Below are positions 27,775 to 37,358 of a stretch of 64,000 bases of DNA, one piece after another (position 1 is the first letter of the stretch; the number at the start of each line of letters is the position of its first letter). The notes beneath the pieces were generated by a model, which saw only the letters and a list, made by a program, of their open reading frames with translations, was not told where the DNA came from and searched no databases. The translations under genes were made by a program, and so were the position numbers. Source of the stretch: an uncultured Pseudobdellovibrionaceae bacterium (GTDB lineage Bacteria; Bdellovibrionota; Bdellovibrionia; Bdellovibrionales; JAGQZY01); assembly GCA_964579625.1 (NCBI GenBank), contig CAZOGU010000008.1:848-64847 (forward strand). Direction: 5' to 3'.

Positions 27775-28296
27775 CTATTTAATCAACAGGCTCTGAACGG
27801 GGGCTTTGAGTTTATTTCGGCCCTTTAAAAAATCGATTTCGATAAAAAAGCAAAACCCAAAAATTTTGGCGTTTAGTTTTTCGCAGAGCTGATACGTTGC
27901 TGCGGCCGTGCCGCCGGTGGCTAAAACATCGTCGACAATCAGTACAGACTCTCCGCTGGAAATACTTTGTGGTAAAATTTCAAGCTGATCTGTTCCATAC
28001 TCCAAGGCGTAACTCACCGACAGTGTGGGCCCAGGCAGTTTTCCTTTTTTTCGAACCATCACAAAACCGCAATCCATTTGCTGAGCCATCGCCGCGCCTA
28101 AAACAAATCCACGGGATTCCATGGCAATGATTTTATCAATCTTCTGGTCCTGGTAGGGTTTGCAAAGGTGGGAGATGAGACTTTTAAAAATGCCCTTTTC
28201 GGCCAGCACAGGACTCATGTCCAAAAATTGAATTCCTGGCTTTGGAAAGTCAGCCACCTTACGAAGTTTTTGATCGATCATTTCTACAGAATGCAT
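27775..28296 (-). CDS. apt: adenine phosphoribosyltransferase
   Basis: VLIVDDVLATGGTAAA PRPP-binding loop, ~173-aa size and overall Apt pattern. Confidence 0.92.
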   Translation of the reverse strand: MHSVEMIDQKLRKVADFPKPGIQFLDMSPVLAEKGIFKSLISHLCKPYQDQKIDKIIAMESRGFVLGAAMAQQMDCGFVMVRKKGKLPGPTLSVSYALEYGTDQLEILPQSISSGESVLIVDDVLATGGTAAATYQLCEKLNAKIFGFCFFIEIDFLKGRNKLKAPVQSLLIK

Positions 28297-28297
28297 C

Positions 28298-29302
28298 TTA
28301 GCCTTTCATGGATCTTTTGGCGATCTGGCGCGCTTTTTCACGAATTTGATTAAAATCATCACTCGTAATCATTCCTTGCTTGGGATTGGCTTGTGCCAAC
28401 TCTCGCATTTGCTGCACGCGCTCTTTGCTCGGTGGATGAGTGCTCATGGCATCGGCCAAACTAGCCATCACTGGGTTGGCTCCCGATTTTCCTTTTTCTT
28501 CCATCTTTAAAAGTTTTTCGTAAAACAAACCCACATGCACAGGATCATATCCCGCACGAACCGAAGTGCGAAAACCAATACGATCGGCTTCCATTTCGTC
28601 TTCTCGGGAGTTGGCCATAAAGCGATACTTTTGAATCAACAAAGCGCCACCGGCTCCAGCTCCTGCACCTACGAGCGCCGCATTTTGAAGGCATTTTTTA
28701 TCTTTCGGTTTGCAAAGCATTTTTCCGGCTCCGTAACCAAGCACGCCCCCAAGCAAACCACCGCCCACGGCATACCATGTATTGTTGGTTCTTTGCGTTT
28801 CATAAATTCGCTCGGCTGTGTGGCGGGCTTGTATATGGCCTATTTCGTGACCGATAACTCCCGCGAGTTCTGCCTCACTGTCGGCCATTGCTATTAATGG
28901 CGCCGTTACAAACACCGTTCCTGCCGGTAAGGCAAAGGCATTCACCATCCCCACATCCACGACCGTAAAGTTATAGGCGTAAGGATTTCCTTCCAACTGG
29001 CTTGAGGTCGAAATTTTTCGCCCCAATTGTGAAACATAAGATTGCATCTGAGAATCTTGCAACTTTGGATAATCTTTTTTCATCTCCGGAAGAACTTGCA
29101 AAGTCATCTTTCGTTCTTCTTCGACTGTTAAGGCTGCGGCCTGCCCTGCATTGCTACCCTCGCGAAATCGTGATTTTTCGGTTGTTGCACAACTGGCCAT
29201 CAATAACGGAATCAAAGCGAGAAAAACTCTTCGACCCGACGGCGTTTCCGTCAATTGTTTGAGAATCTCTTCAAAATCAGATAAATGAGTTTTGTTTTTC
29301 AT
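28298..29302 (-). CDS. M48-family zinc metalloprotease lipoprotein (BepA/YfgC-like)
   Basis: HEIGHIQARH (HExxH) and downstream EMEADRIG. N-terminal SGRRVFLAL..LMASC suggests a Tat-type lipoprotein signal. Confidence 0.8.
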   Translation of the reverse strand: MKNKTHLSDFEEILKQLTETPSGRRVFLALIPLLMASCATTEKSRFREGSNAGQAAALTVEEERKMTLQVLPEMKKDYPKLQDSQMQSYVSQLGRKISTSSQLEGNPYAYNFTVVDVGMVNAFALPAGTVFVTAPLIAMADSEAELAGVIGHEIGHIQARHTAERIYETQRTNNTWYAVGGGLLGGVLGYGAGKMLCKPKDKKCLQNAALVGAGAGAGGALLIQKYRFMANSREDEMEADRIGFRTSVRAGYDPVHVGLFYEKLLKMEEKGKSGANPVMASLADAMSTHPPSKERVQQMRELAQANPKQGMITSDDFNQIREKARQIAKRSMKG

Positions 29303-29304
29303 GA

Positions 29305-30531
29305 CTAAGAATCCGTGGCGTGCAAAGAAAAATCGTAATCATTAAAAATTTCGATGGTGCCAGTAATTTCTGTTGTGATTTCGCCATCGGTGTTTTCCAA
29401 AAACTCGGGCCAAAGCTGCGCCTTGGCTTGTGTGCGCTGAGCAATCTCTCTTTCGATCTCTAAGGCGAGCACAAAGTTACTTGCCAGAAGACCAATAAAA
29501 TTTCTCTCAGACAGGACCAAAAAAGTGCAATCCGTTTCAGTGACAACCGAGGCTGTTCGCGTTTGTTTTTGCAAAACACCCACTTCGCCAAAATAACTGC
29601 CCACGGTCAGGCGGGCTTCGGGCATTTTATCTTTAACGATTTGCACGGCACCCGAAAGGATAAAATAAAAGTTTTTTCCTTTTTCACCTTGCTGCAAAAT
29701 CGTTTTATGCGCCTCTGCTTTTTCTACTTTGCAGGAACCCAGTAACATTTGAATCACATCTCCTGGAAAACTGCGAAAAATAGGATGGGTCTTCATCAAT
29801 TGACTAAAAACCAAGCGGACGCGGATGTTTTTATTGAGATCCGAACCGTCAAGAGGCTCAATGATTTTTTTAAGATTCACAATCAGAATCTGACAATCGC
29901 CCATGGCGACAACATCAGCTGTTCTTTTTTTATTATTGACGGCGGCGCTTTCTCCAAAAACACTCAGTGCCGGTAAAGTCGCAATCAACTCGCCCTTTTC
30001 GAAATCCGAATAAACACCCACAGAGCCACCGAGGACCACGTATGAGTCTTCTCCGATGGAGTCTCTCTTAATAATGACATCGCCTGCTTTGTAGCTTTTT
30101 TGTGATGAAGCCACAACAATCGAGTGGATAAGTGCCGGTGGAAGATTCGAAAACAAACTCACTTTGCGAAGATGCATGTTGAGCTCTTCGGCACTGAGGG
30201 GTTTTAAAAAAACAGGGGCTTTGGTGCTTTCTTTTTTGTAATGAATGGCATCGCTGATTTCTTCGGAGTTTTTAAAAACCCCCTGCGCCGCCCAACTGTC
30301 GATCTGCAAGTAGAGATCGGTAAAGCTAAAGTCTTTATAGCGGTCGTAAATAAACATGCAGATTTCTTTGATGGAATATGAGCCTTTACTTAATTCCAAA
30401 AATTGTTGATGAATTGGTTTTAAATGAAGTTCCTTCATCATTTTATTATCAAAGGTGTACACGTTATGAACACCTTCTTTTTTAAATTTTCCTGGCAATA
30501 CTGACGGTTGTAAATTTTCGAGTCTACCCAT
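29305..30531 (-). CDS. protein with two cyclic-nucleotide-binding (CAP_ED) domains
   Basis: Two FGE..A......RTA.VVA phosphate-binding cassettes (FGESAAVNNKKRTADVVA and FGEVGVLQKQTRTASVVT). The N-terminal ~120 aa are unassigned. Confidence 0.75.
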   Translation of the reverse strand: MGRLENLQPSVLPGKFKKEGVHNVYTFDNKMMKELHLKPIHQQFLELSKGSYSIKEICMFIYDRYKDFSFTDLYLQIDSWAAQGVFKNSEEISDAIHYKKESTKAPVFLKPLSAEELNMHLRKVSLFSNLPPALIHSIVVASSQKSYKAGDVIIKRDSIGEDSYVVLGGSVGVYSDFEKGELIATLPALSVFGESAAVNNKKRTADVVAMGDCQILIVNLKKIIEPLDGSDLNKNIRVRLVFSQLMKTHPIFRSFPGDVIQMLLGSCKVEKAEAHKTILQQGEKGKNFYFILSGAVQIVKDKMPEARLTVGSYFGEVGVLQKQTRTASVVTETDCTFLVLSERNFIGLLASNFVLALEIEREIAQRTQAKAQLWPEFLENTDGEITTEITGTIEIFNDYDFSLHATDS

Positions 30532-30550
30532 AACTCTTATTGTTCATGAA

Positions 30551-30934
30551 TCACTTCGTGCTGTCCAATACTTTATAGCCCATCTTGACCGCCTTTTTGA
30601 CGTCTTTACGGTAGATGGAATAGACATTCATCATCCCTGTAGGGGCTCCGCAGCTCTGAATACGCATGAGGCCGTCATGGCGCTTCTCGGTCTTGATAAT
30701 TCGGATATCAACTAACTCTTTGCCCATTTGCTCGATTGTCATTCCCACATTGTAGCCGCACTGCAGACTCTGATCCGATTTGCCAATCAAAATGATTTCA
30801 TTGGCCAGTTCCTGTTCAGAAATGGTTTTAATTTCGTCGTTTGTCAGCACGGGAGTTCCATCTCTTTTACACTGGCCTGTGGTGCAGGCTGATATCCAGA
30901 TAAAACAACAGAGAAGTGCCAATAATTTTCGCAT
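30551..30934 (-). CDS. hypothetical lipoprotein
   Basis: Lipobox ISAC. No recognised domain. Confidence 0.5.
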   Translation of the reverse strand: MRKLLALLCCFIWISACTTGQCKRDGTPVLTNDEIKTISEQELANEIILIGKSDQSLQCGYNVGMTIEQMGKELVDIRIIKTEKRHDGLMRIQSCGAPTGMMNVYSIYRKDVKKAVKMGYKVLDSTK

Positions 30935-30937
30935 TTT

Positions 30938-32083
30938 TTAGAAAAATCCTTTTTTGCGCGGCCTTTGAACTTGAACATTCAGCTTATAAATATTGGCCTG
31001 ATTGGAAATAATAAAAACGTCCCCGGAATTGGCCAAAACAGAGGGCGCAATCGAAATCCCACGCCCTGGATAAAAGGTGTCCACCCATTGTCCTGTTTCC
31101 TGATCCATCAAAACCAATGGCCCTTCGGAAAGACCAAAAAGAAGCCAGTTTTTGTAAGGCACCCCGCCGCTTGCGATGCCCCATTTTTTATCAATATCAA
31201 AACGTTTTTTAATTTTTCCGGATTTGAGATCAATCTTTAATATCCCATGCTCAAGCGAGTAAAAAACAGTCTCCCCGACAACCGCGGTGGAGTGAGAAGA
31301 TCCTCCCTCGTCCAAGCGCCAGAGAATATTCCCCGAGGCTTTGTCTAAACAAAAGAGGGCTTCACTCACGTTCGATACTAGCAAACAAAAATCGGAGACT
31401 GTTGGGTTTGCATCCACATCATTAAATTTTTTGCTATCACCCAGTTGCTTTTCCCACGCCACGGCTCCGTCCACTGCGGTGTAGGCAACAAAGTAGCCAT
31501 CGCTGTAACCGACAGCAACCTTGCCGTCAAAAAACGTCGGCTGCGTGGTTCCGCGCACGGTGACTGTGTCTTTGGGTGTGCGCGACTTCACCCAGATCAC
31601 GCGACCTGTTTCTTTTTCTAAACAGTAAAGAGTTCCGTTGATTGCCATGTGGTAAATAAAGTTTCCTTGAATCAAGGGCGCCGAAACAGACTCGGCTCCC
31701 ATCGGAAAACTCCATACAACACGACCTGTTTCGCCATTGATATGGTAAAACTGACCGTTATTGGCGCCAAAATAGACGCCCATTTTGTCATCGATCGATA
31801 CAGCTTCGGTGCCGTTTCTGACAGCAAAATTCCATTTTTCATGCCCCAACTTCGGATCAAAAGCCTTGATGCCGTCCACCGAATTCCCAGTGATCACAAG
31901 ATCTTTTTTAACAAGTGGGCTTATCACCGCAGGATGACGATAGCCAATGTAAGCATCGTCAACGGTCGTGCGTGACCAGGAGCGGGTCAGCTCGGCGGGC
32001 TTCCAGCGCGATAATTTATTATTTTTGGCCGTCGAACAACCCAATAAACCTAAGAATAAGACGACACCAAAAATTTTAACCAT
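30938..32083 (-). CDS. bamB: PQQ-like beta-propeller lipoprotein, BamB-like
   Basis: Lipobox LLGC and repeated G.V.W blades (GRVVWSF, GRVIWVK, GAVAWEK, GNILWRL). Sits downstream of a YfgM-like gene, as in the E. coli yfgM-bamB pair. Confidence 0.7.
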   Translation of the reverse strand: MVKIFGVVLFLGLLGCSTAKNNKLSRWKPAELTRSWSRTTVDDAYIGYRHPAVISPLVKKDLVITGNSVDGIKAFDPKLGHEKWNFAVRNGTEAVSIDDKMGVYFGANNGQFYHINGETGRVVWSFPMGAESVSAPLIQGNFIYHMAINGTLYCLEKETGRVIWVKSRTPKDTVTVRGTTQPTFFDGKVAVGYSDGYFVAYTAVDGAVAWEKQLGDSKKFNDVDANPTVSDFCLLVSNVSEALFCLDKASGNILWRLDEGGSSHSTAVVGETVFYSLEHGILKIDLKSGKIKKRFDIDKKWGIASGGVPYKNWLLFGLSEGPLVLMDQETGQWVDTFYPGRGISIAPSVLANSGDVFIISNQANIYKLNVQVQRPRKKGFF

Positions 32084-32849
32084 TCGCAGGACTTGGCGTC
32101 GCTCCGGTCGCCATGGATTTTGATTTTAAATATTTAAGATGGAGAAGAAATTTTTTGGCTGTGCGTCCTGCAAAAGACGTGGGCTCTTTGTCCACCACTT
32201 CTTGATACAGCTTTTCGGCCTTATCGAGTTGGGTTTGCTTTTCGTAGCAGATCCCCGCTTTTAAACGTAAATTGCCGGCAAGGTAGCTATGGTTTTTTTC
32301 GGCAATTACTTTTTCCCAAGCCTGAGCCGCTTCGAGACATTTGTTTACTTTCGCGTAAATGTTGCCAAGCTCCGTTTGGCCAACGCCAAAAAGAAATAAA
32401 TCGGAAGGAAGACCTTTAAGAGACGTATTCAGAGCATCGATGGCCATATCGGTTTTGTTATACTCTTGGGTGAGTTCAGCCACAAGCAAAGCAGCTTCAA
32501 CGGCAGGTTGTGTCCCCTGATTGGCTTTGATATAGGCCTGCAACTTTTCAACCACGGCTGAGTATGATTTCTCGAGCACTTCTGGGCTTTGTTTTGGCTT
32601 TTCTTTAGCAGCCTCTGGCTTCGCTGCTTTTTTGGGATCTTCTTTTGGCTCTAGCTCGGCGGCAATTTTTTCGACGTCTTTACGAATTACAAAAAGCTCA
32701 TCTTGAGCTTTACTGATTTTTTTAAAGTCCTGACCTTTTTTGTAATTTAAAACAAAGCTCACGACAATCGCCACAACAGCGAGACCCACGAGCGGCCAAA
32801 AGATTTTTTGAATCCAATAAACTAATTTTTCGGTCAATGTATCACTCAC
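32076..32849 (-). CDS. YfgM-like membrane-anchored TPR protein
   Basis: N-terminal TM (IFWPLVGLAVVAIVVSFVL) and C-terminal TPR-like repeats. Position is immediately upstream of the bamB-like gene. Confidence 0.5.
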   Translation of the reverse strand: MSDTLTEKLVYWIQKIFWPLVGLAVVAIVVSFVLNYKKGQDFKKISKAQDELFVIRKDVEKIAAELEPKEDPKKAAKPEAAKEKPKQSPEVLEKSYSAVVEKLQAYIKANQGTQPAVEAALLVAELTQEYNKTDMAIDALNTSLKGLPSDLFLFGVGQTELGNIYAKVNKCLEAAQAWEKVIAEKNHSYLAGNLRLKAGICYEKQTQLDKAEKLYQEVVDKEPTSFAGRTAKKFLLHLKYLKSKSMATGATPSPANG

Positions 32850-32858
32850 TGTGGCTCC

Positions 32859-33971
32859 TTAGCGCTGATAAACTTCTTTAAGAGTTGTAAACGGTCGGTA
32901 TGATTTTCCTTGGTGCTTGGTTTTAAGACGACCAATTTTTTCAACGCGCGCTTTCGCATGGCGAATGGCTGCTTCGTTGGTGGGAATGTTTTCTTTTTTA
33001 GCCATTTCGAAGATCTCGAGCATATTGTCGTAAATGCGCGTTGTTTTTTCGAGAGCGCGATCCACTGAGTAGCCTTCGAGTTCCACAAACACATTCATCA
33101 GTCCGCCGGCATTGGCCACAAAATCTGGAGCGTAGAGAATCCCCATCTCCTTGAGAGCCGTTCCATGTCTTTGTTCTAAGAGTTGGTTGTTGGCTCCGCC
33201 AGAGACAACTTTGCAGCGCAGCTGTTCAAGAGATTGATCGTTGATCACAGCTCCCAATGCACATGGCGCAAAAACTTCACATTCCACTTTAACAATATCA
33301 TCAGGCGCTGTGGTCTTGGCGCCAAACTGTTCAGCAATTTTTTTCGTTTTGGCTTCGTCGATGTCTGTGATCGTTAACTCAGCTCCTTCGTCTTTAAGAT
33401 ATTTTACTAAGTGCGATCCCACATTGCCCAATCCTTGCACAGCAATACGAACTCCGCGAAGCACATCTGTGCCTAATTTTTCTTTGCAGCTGGCTTTGAT
33501 AGCCATCAACACACCATGCGCTGTATAGGGAGATGGATCACCTGATCCACCAAGACTTTTTGGAATGCCTGTAACCCACGGTGTTTCCATGTAAATATAT
33601 TCGATGTCTTTCACTGTCGTGCCGACATCTTCGGCTGTGATGTAACGGCCGTTCAGAGAATTGACAAATTGACCAAAGGCTCTAAAAAGCGCTTCCGTCT
33701 TGTCTGTTTTAGGATTGCCGATAATGACAGCTTTTCCACCGCCCAAGTTAAGACCTGCGGCCGATGCTTTGTACGTCATTCCTTCTGAAAGTCTTAAGAC
33801 ATCGATCAAAGCTTCTTGCTCGCTTTTGTATGTCCACATGCGAGTTCCGCCAAGGGCTGGGCCAAGTGCGGTGTTGTGAATAGCAATGATCGCCTTTAAC
33901 CCAACTTCGGGGTCGTGACAAAAAACAACTTGCTCATGATTTCCGTGTTTGCCAATTGACTCAAATACCAT
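32859..33971 (-). CDS. Glu/Leu/Phe/Val dehydrogenase family enzyme, leucine dehydrogenase-like
   Basis: GPALGGTRMW, GLNLGGGKAVI (catalytic Lys region), Rossmann GLGNVG. The ~365-aa size fits Leu dehydrogenase. Confidence 0.85.
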   Translation of the reverse strand: MVFESIGKHGNHEQVVFCHDPEVGLKAIIAIHNTALGPALGGTRMWTYKSEQEALIDVLRLSEGMTYKASAAGLNLGGGKAVIIGNPKTDKTEALFRAFGQFVNSLNGRYITAEDVGTTVKDIEYIYMETPWVTGIPKSLGGSGDPSPYTAHGVLMAIKASCKEKLGTDVLRGVRIAVQGLGNVGSHLVKYLKDEGAELTITDIDEAKTKKIAEQFGAKTTAPDDIVKVECEVFAPCALGAVINDQSLEQLRCKVVSGGANNQLLEQRHGTALKEMGILYAPDFVANAGGLMNVFVELEGYSVDRALEKTTRIYDNMLEIFEMAKKENIPTNEAAIRHAKARVEKIGRLKTKHQGKSYRPFTTLKEVYQR

Positions 33972-34152
33972 AATGCACCTCGTTTATATTCAGCAAATGC
34001 AAGACCCCCAACGGATGATGCTTTTTTCGATTCGATCGAGAATAATAAAAATGTGGCTAGGTTTGCAAGGGAATAGTGGAAACGCAAAATGACCAGGCAG
34101 CCTCTTAGACCAGAGGCGTTAGGTCACTCAGAAATAATAATTTAATCTTATG

Positions 34153-34174
34153 ACTCTGACTCATGAGTCAGAGT
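34153..34174. terminator. perfect 22-nt palindrome downstream of the helicase gene
   Basis: actctgactcatgagtcagagt is its own reverse complement. The T-run lies on the + side only, so terminator function for the minus-strand helicase gene is uncertain. Confidence 0.35.
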
Positions 34175-34189
34175 TTTTAGGAATGATTC

Positions 34190-35809
34190 TTAACGGCGAA
34201 ATTTAGCTTTTCGACCGGCTCCGGCTCCGCCGCCACTGCTGCGACCGCCGCCTTCATTGCGATCGTCTCGACGACGACGTGGAGGACCTTCACCGCCACC
34301 CTCGTCACGATCTCTTCCACGAGGTGCTTCATCACGTCGTCCGTAACCGCCACCGCCACCCGCTTCTCGACGCGGACGACCACCACCGAATCCTCCACCA
34401 CCGCTGCGCCCGCGTGGGCGGAATCTTTCGCGATCGCGGAAAGCTTCCTTCTGTGGCTCTTGAATCGATTGATGACGGAAAAAATCAGGAACATGAATGC
34501 TTGCAAAAATAGTCATCAGCGTCTCGTGATCGAGAGCTTTTAACCACTCCGGCACTTCGAGCTTTTCGGAATAGGCTTTAAGGCGCTCAGCCAAACGCTC
34601 ATTGGCAATCATTTTTTCGATACGCGAATACATGTTGTCCATCAAACTTTGCTGAATTTCGTCGATCGATGGTGGAACCATCTTACTGATTTCACGACGC
34701 GTGATTTTTTCGATTTTTTTAAGAAGAGTCATTTGCGAAGGATTCACAAAACTGAGTGCAATTCCTTTTTGTCCATTACGACCTGTGCGACCGATGCGAT
34801 GAATATAGGTTTCTACATCCCACGGCAAAGACCAATTGATCACATGCGTGAGATCTTTCACGTCGATTCCTCGAGCGGCGACGTCAGTGGCGGTGACAAT
34901 TTGCAAACTGCGCGAACGGAATTGTTCTAAAATGCGCTCACGTTCGTTTTGTGATTTTTCCCCGTGCATCGCTTCGGTGCGGAAACCCATTTTGTTGAGA
35001 TACTCGGCGAGATCACCCGATTCTCCTCGCGTTTGGCAAAAAATCAGGCCGTAAAAATTATTATGTTGCAATAAAATCCGCTTAAGAACTTCGAGCTTAT
35101 CTTTGCTGTTTACAAAGATGTAAGATTGCTCGATGTCTTCGGTCACTTGTTTGCCAGTGGTTTTTTTAACAACGATTGGATTTTTAAGATAACGATCGGT
35201 GATTCGCTGAACGTCTTGGCTCATTGTCGCCGAGAATAACCAAATGCGCTGTTCGTTTTCGTCACGCAGTGCCTGCATGGCTTTCAAAATTGTATTCAAA
35301 GCATCTTGAAAACCAAGGGATAACATTTCGTCCGCTTCGTCGAGTACTAAATACTTAATTTTGTCGAGATTTAAAAGGCCCTGATCCATCAGATCGATCA
35401 AGCGTCCTGGAGTGGCAATCACAATCTGTGCTCCACCTTTGAGCGCACGGATTTGTGTTTGGTAACTTGATCCACCGTAAATTAAGGCCGTCTTAATTTT
35501 ACGATATTTTCCCATCTGTTCGATCTGTCCTGCGACTTGCTGTGCAAGCTCTCTCGTCGGGCATAAAACCAAAGCCTGTGGGTGCTTAAGACCGTCTTCA
35601 ATTTTTTCGATCAGCGGAATGGCGAAGGCGCCCGTTTTTCCGGTTCCTGTTGAGGCCATGCCAATAAAATCTCGTGTTTCATTGAGCAGCTCGGGGATCG
35701 CTGATTTTTGAATATCCGTGGGCTCTTTAAAACCCATCGTTAAAAGATGATTTACAAAAGGAGAGGGGACACCCAATCCTAAAAAAGACGAATCGACAAC
35801 AGACTCCAC
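34190..35809 (-). CDS. DEAD-box ATP-dependent RNA helicase (DeaD/CsdA-like) with RGG-rich C-terminal tail
   Basis: Motifs AxTGTGKT (ASTGTGKTGAF), PTRELA, DEAD, SAT, HRIGRTGR. The last ~90 aa are Arg/Gly/Asp-rich low complexity. Confidence 0.92.
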   Translation of the reverse strand: MESVVDSSFLGLGVPSPFVNHLLTMGFKEPTDIQKSAIPELLNETRDFIGMASTGTGKTGAFAIPLIEKIEDGLKHPQALVLCPTRELAQQVAGQIEQMGKYRKIKTALIYGGSSYQTQIRALKGGAQIVIATPGRLIDLMDQGLLNLDKIKYLVLDEADEMLSLGFQDALNTILKAMQALRDENEQRIWLFSATMSQDVQRITDRYLKNPIVVKKTTGKQVTEDIEQSYIFVNSKDKLEVLKRILLQHNNFYGLIFCQTRGESGDLAEYLNKMGFRTEAMHGEKSQNERERILEQFRSRSLQIVTATDVAARGIDVKDLTHVINWSLPWDVETYIHRIGRTGRNGQKGIALSFVNPSQMTLLKKIEKITRREISKMVPPSIDEIQQSLMDNMYSRIEKMIANERLAERLKAYSEKLEVPEWLKALDHETLMTIFASIHVPDFFRHQSIQEPQKEAFRDRERFRPRGRSGGGGFGGGRPRREAGGGGGYGRRDEAPRGRDRDEGGGEGPPRRRRDDRNEGGGRSSGGGAGAGRKAKFRR

Positions 35810-35944
35810 AGAAACTCACTTTCGTGCGTCCTCTGTGTTTGGTGAGCTGAGAACGCTTTAGAAAGGACCTTATAGCATGAAAATTTGTAAAAAAGAGGAC
35901 AGTTTTAAGAAATTGTAAAAGCGACACAGGTGTCCAAGTTTTAT

Positions 35945-35963
35945 TGAAAAGGCCTGGAAGGCC
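35945..35963 (-). terminator. short GC hairpin plus U-run after the small secreted protein gene
   Basis: The minus strand reads ggccttccaggcc followed by ttttcaat, about 30 nt after the stop at 35991. Confidence 0.4.
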
Positions 35964-35990
35964 ACGGAAGCAAACGCCTCCAGATGGCCT

Positions 35991-36305
35991 CTATTGCTTG
36001 AGAGAGTCGTCGCTGAGGTCTACGGACACAGGGCCGCCTTCGTACACCTCGCCAGGATTGTGCTGTATGGAATTGATGGCTCGTCCTCCGGAAGACGTCG
36101 TTTCTGGTTCCTTAAGGGCCGCGCGCTTCTCGGCGTGCTCATCATCGGAACTTTTAACGGCCTTCGCAAGATCGGCAAACGTTTCGTCTTGGTCCTTGGT
36201 GATTTCCATGGGCTGTGGTTGTAACGAGAAGTTTTGAAAGGCCAAGGCCAAAAGTGTTAGTGCTAAAAAAGAACTGATTAAATAAATGATTTTACGCATC
36301 TTCAC
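35991..36305 (-). CDS. small secreted hypothetical protein
   Basis: Signal peptide (MKMRKIIYLISSFLALTLLALA) and an acidic mature part. Confidence 0.45.
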   Translation of the reverse strand: MKMRKIIYLISSFLALTLLALAFQNFSLQPQPMEITKDQDETFADLAKAVKSSDDEHAEKRAALKEPETTSSGGRAINSIQHNPGEVYEGGPVSVDLSDDSLKQ

Positions 36306-36406
36306 CCCCGAAGATATATTTATAATAGTAACCGAGTGTGGCGAACTGACGCAAATAAATGATCAAATGATCTCAAGATGAGACACCCCTCTCCGCAGAG
36401 GTCTTT

Positions 36407-36700
36407 TTAATGACTCTGTTTTTGCTGTGACTTTTTGTAAAGCTCATTCATCTTGGGATTCAGCATTAAAAAATCCTCAAAGGACACATGGGCCTTGACC
36501 ATGCCTCTCCCCACCAAAACTCCTTCAACATTGGGTTCTACAGAATTTCTTGGCACAATCACATTTGCTTTGTTTTCAGTTTGAATGGTGGCATCGTTCG
36601 CGTTGAAGGACATCAACTTTCCGTAGAATGTCAGTTGTCCCGGTTCTGCAGAAATTTGCAGTGTACTAAAACTTATTATAAAAAAAAGAACATTCTTCAT
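36407..36700 (-). CDS. small secreted hypothetical protein
   Basis: Signal peptide MKNVLFFIISFSTLQISA. Confidence 0.45.
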   Translation of the reverse strand: MKNVLFFIISFSTLQISAEPGQLTFYGKLMSFNANDATIQTENKANVIVPRNSVEPNVEGVLVGRGMVKAHVSFEDFLMLNPKMNELYKKSQQKQSH

Positions 36701-36711
36701 CGTTGAGTCTC

Positions 36712-37215
36712 CTATTTTGATACATTCACTTTTTCGAAATTAGCAGGGTGAATCGCTGGGTTGGAGGGACTGACGATAAACTGAGTTTCATTTTTGCGAT
36801 CCACTGTTAACTTCTTATGTCCCATTGAGCTTCTCAAACAGTCCATGGCGTCACCATTTGCGCCACACTTCACACGTCCACTCGTTAGTTTTTCGCCAAT
36901 GCACGTTACATCTTCAAAATAAATGATGGGCCAGTATGTCCCAGGAAAACTCGAATCAATCGCCTTGATTGCGCTTTTATCAGCTCGACATTGGAGCGTA
37001 CCACTACAAATCACAGCCGCACCACCCACATTTGTTTTATTGGCGTAGACCTGATCTATTCCTGACTTGCCAACCCCGTCGACCCAATAACAAGTTGATG
37101 ATATACCCTTTAAAAAATTAATTTGTTTTTCAGCATCAGTAAGTTCAGCGGCATTTATATCCGCAAAAGTAGAAAATAAAATAAGTAGAGTTATGTGTTT
37201 TAAAGATAAATTCAT
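36712..37215 (-). CDS. secreted Cys-rich hypothetical protein
   Basis: Start set at MNLSLKHITLLILFSTF (GGGGG 9 nt upstream). Eight Cys in the mature part. Confidence 0.45.
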   Translation of the reverse strand: MNLSLKHITLLILFSTFADINAAELTDAEKQINFLKGISSTCYWVDGVGKSGIDQVYANKTNVGGAAVICSGTLQCRADKSAIKAIDSSFPGTYWPIIYFEDVTCIGEKLTSGRVKCGANGDAMDCLRSSMGHKKLTVDRKNETQFIVSPSNPAIHPANFEKVNVSK

Positions 37216-37358
37216 GGCTAGCCCCCACATCTAAAATTAGATACTTATTTTAGTGTAAATGAGATTATTTTTCTTTGCATAAAACATTCATCTATTTACT
37301 AGAAATAGACTTTTAGCGTGTACCAAACTGAGTCCATTTTTGTCTATTCCAAGCGGTC

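Noticed and set aside
34177-34512. ORFs 34177..34506 and 34279..34512, overlapping the helicase 3' end.
   Set aside because: They are alternative frames of the RGG-coding repeat.
36388-36408. Hairpin cctct-ccgc-agagg followed by a T-run on the + strand, between two minus-strand genes.
   Set aside because: The U-tract is on the wrong strand for the flanking genes and the stem is only 5 bp. I did not call it a terminator.
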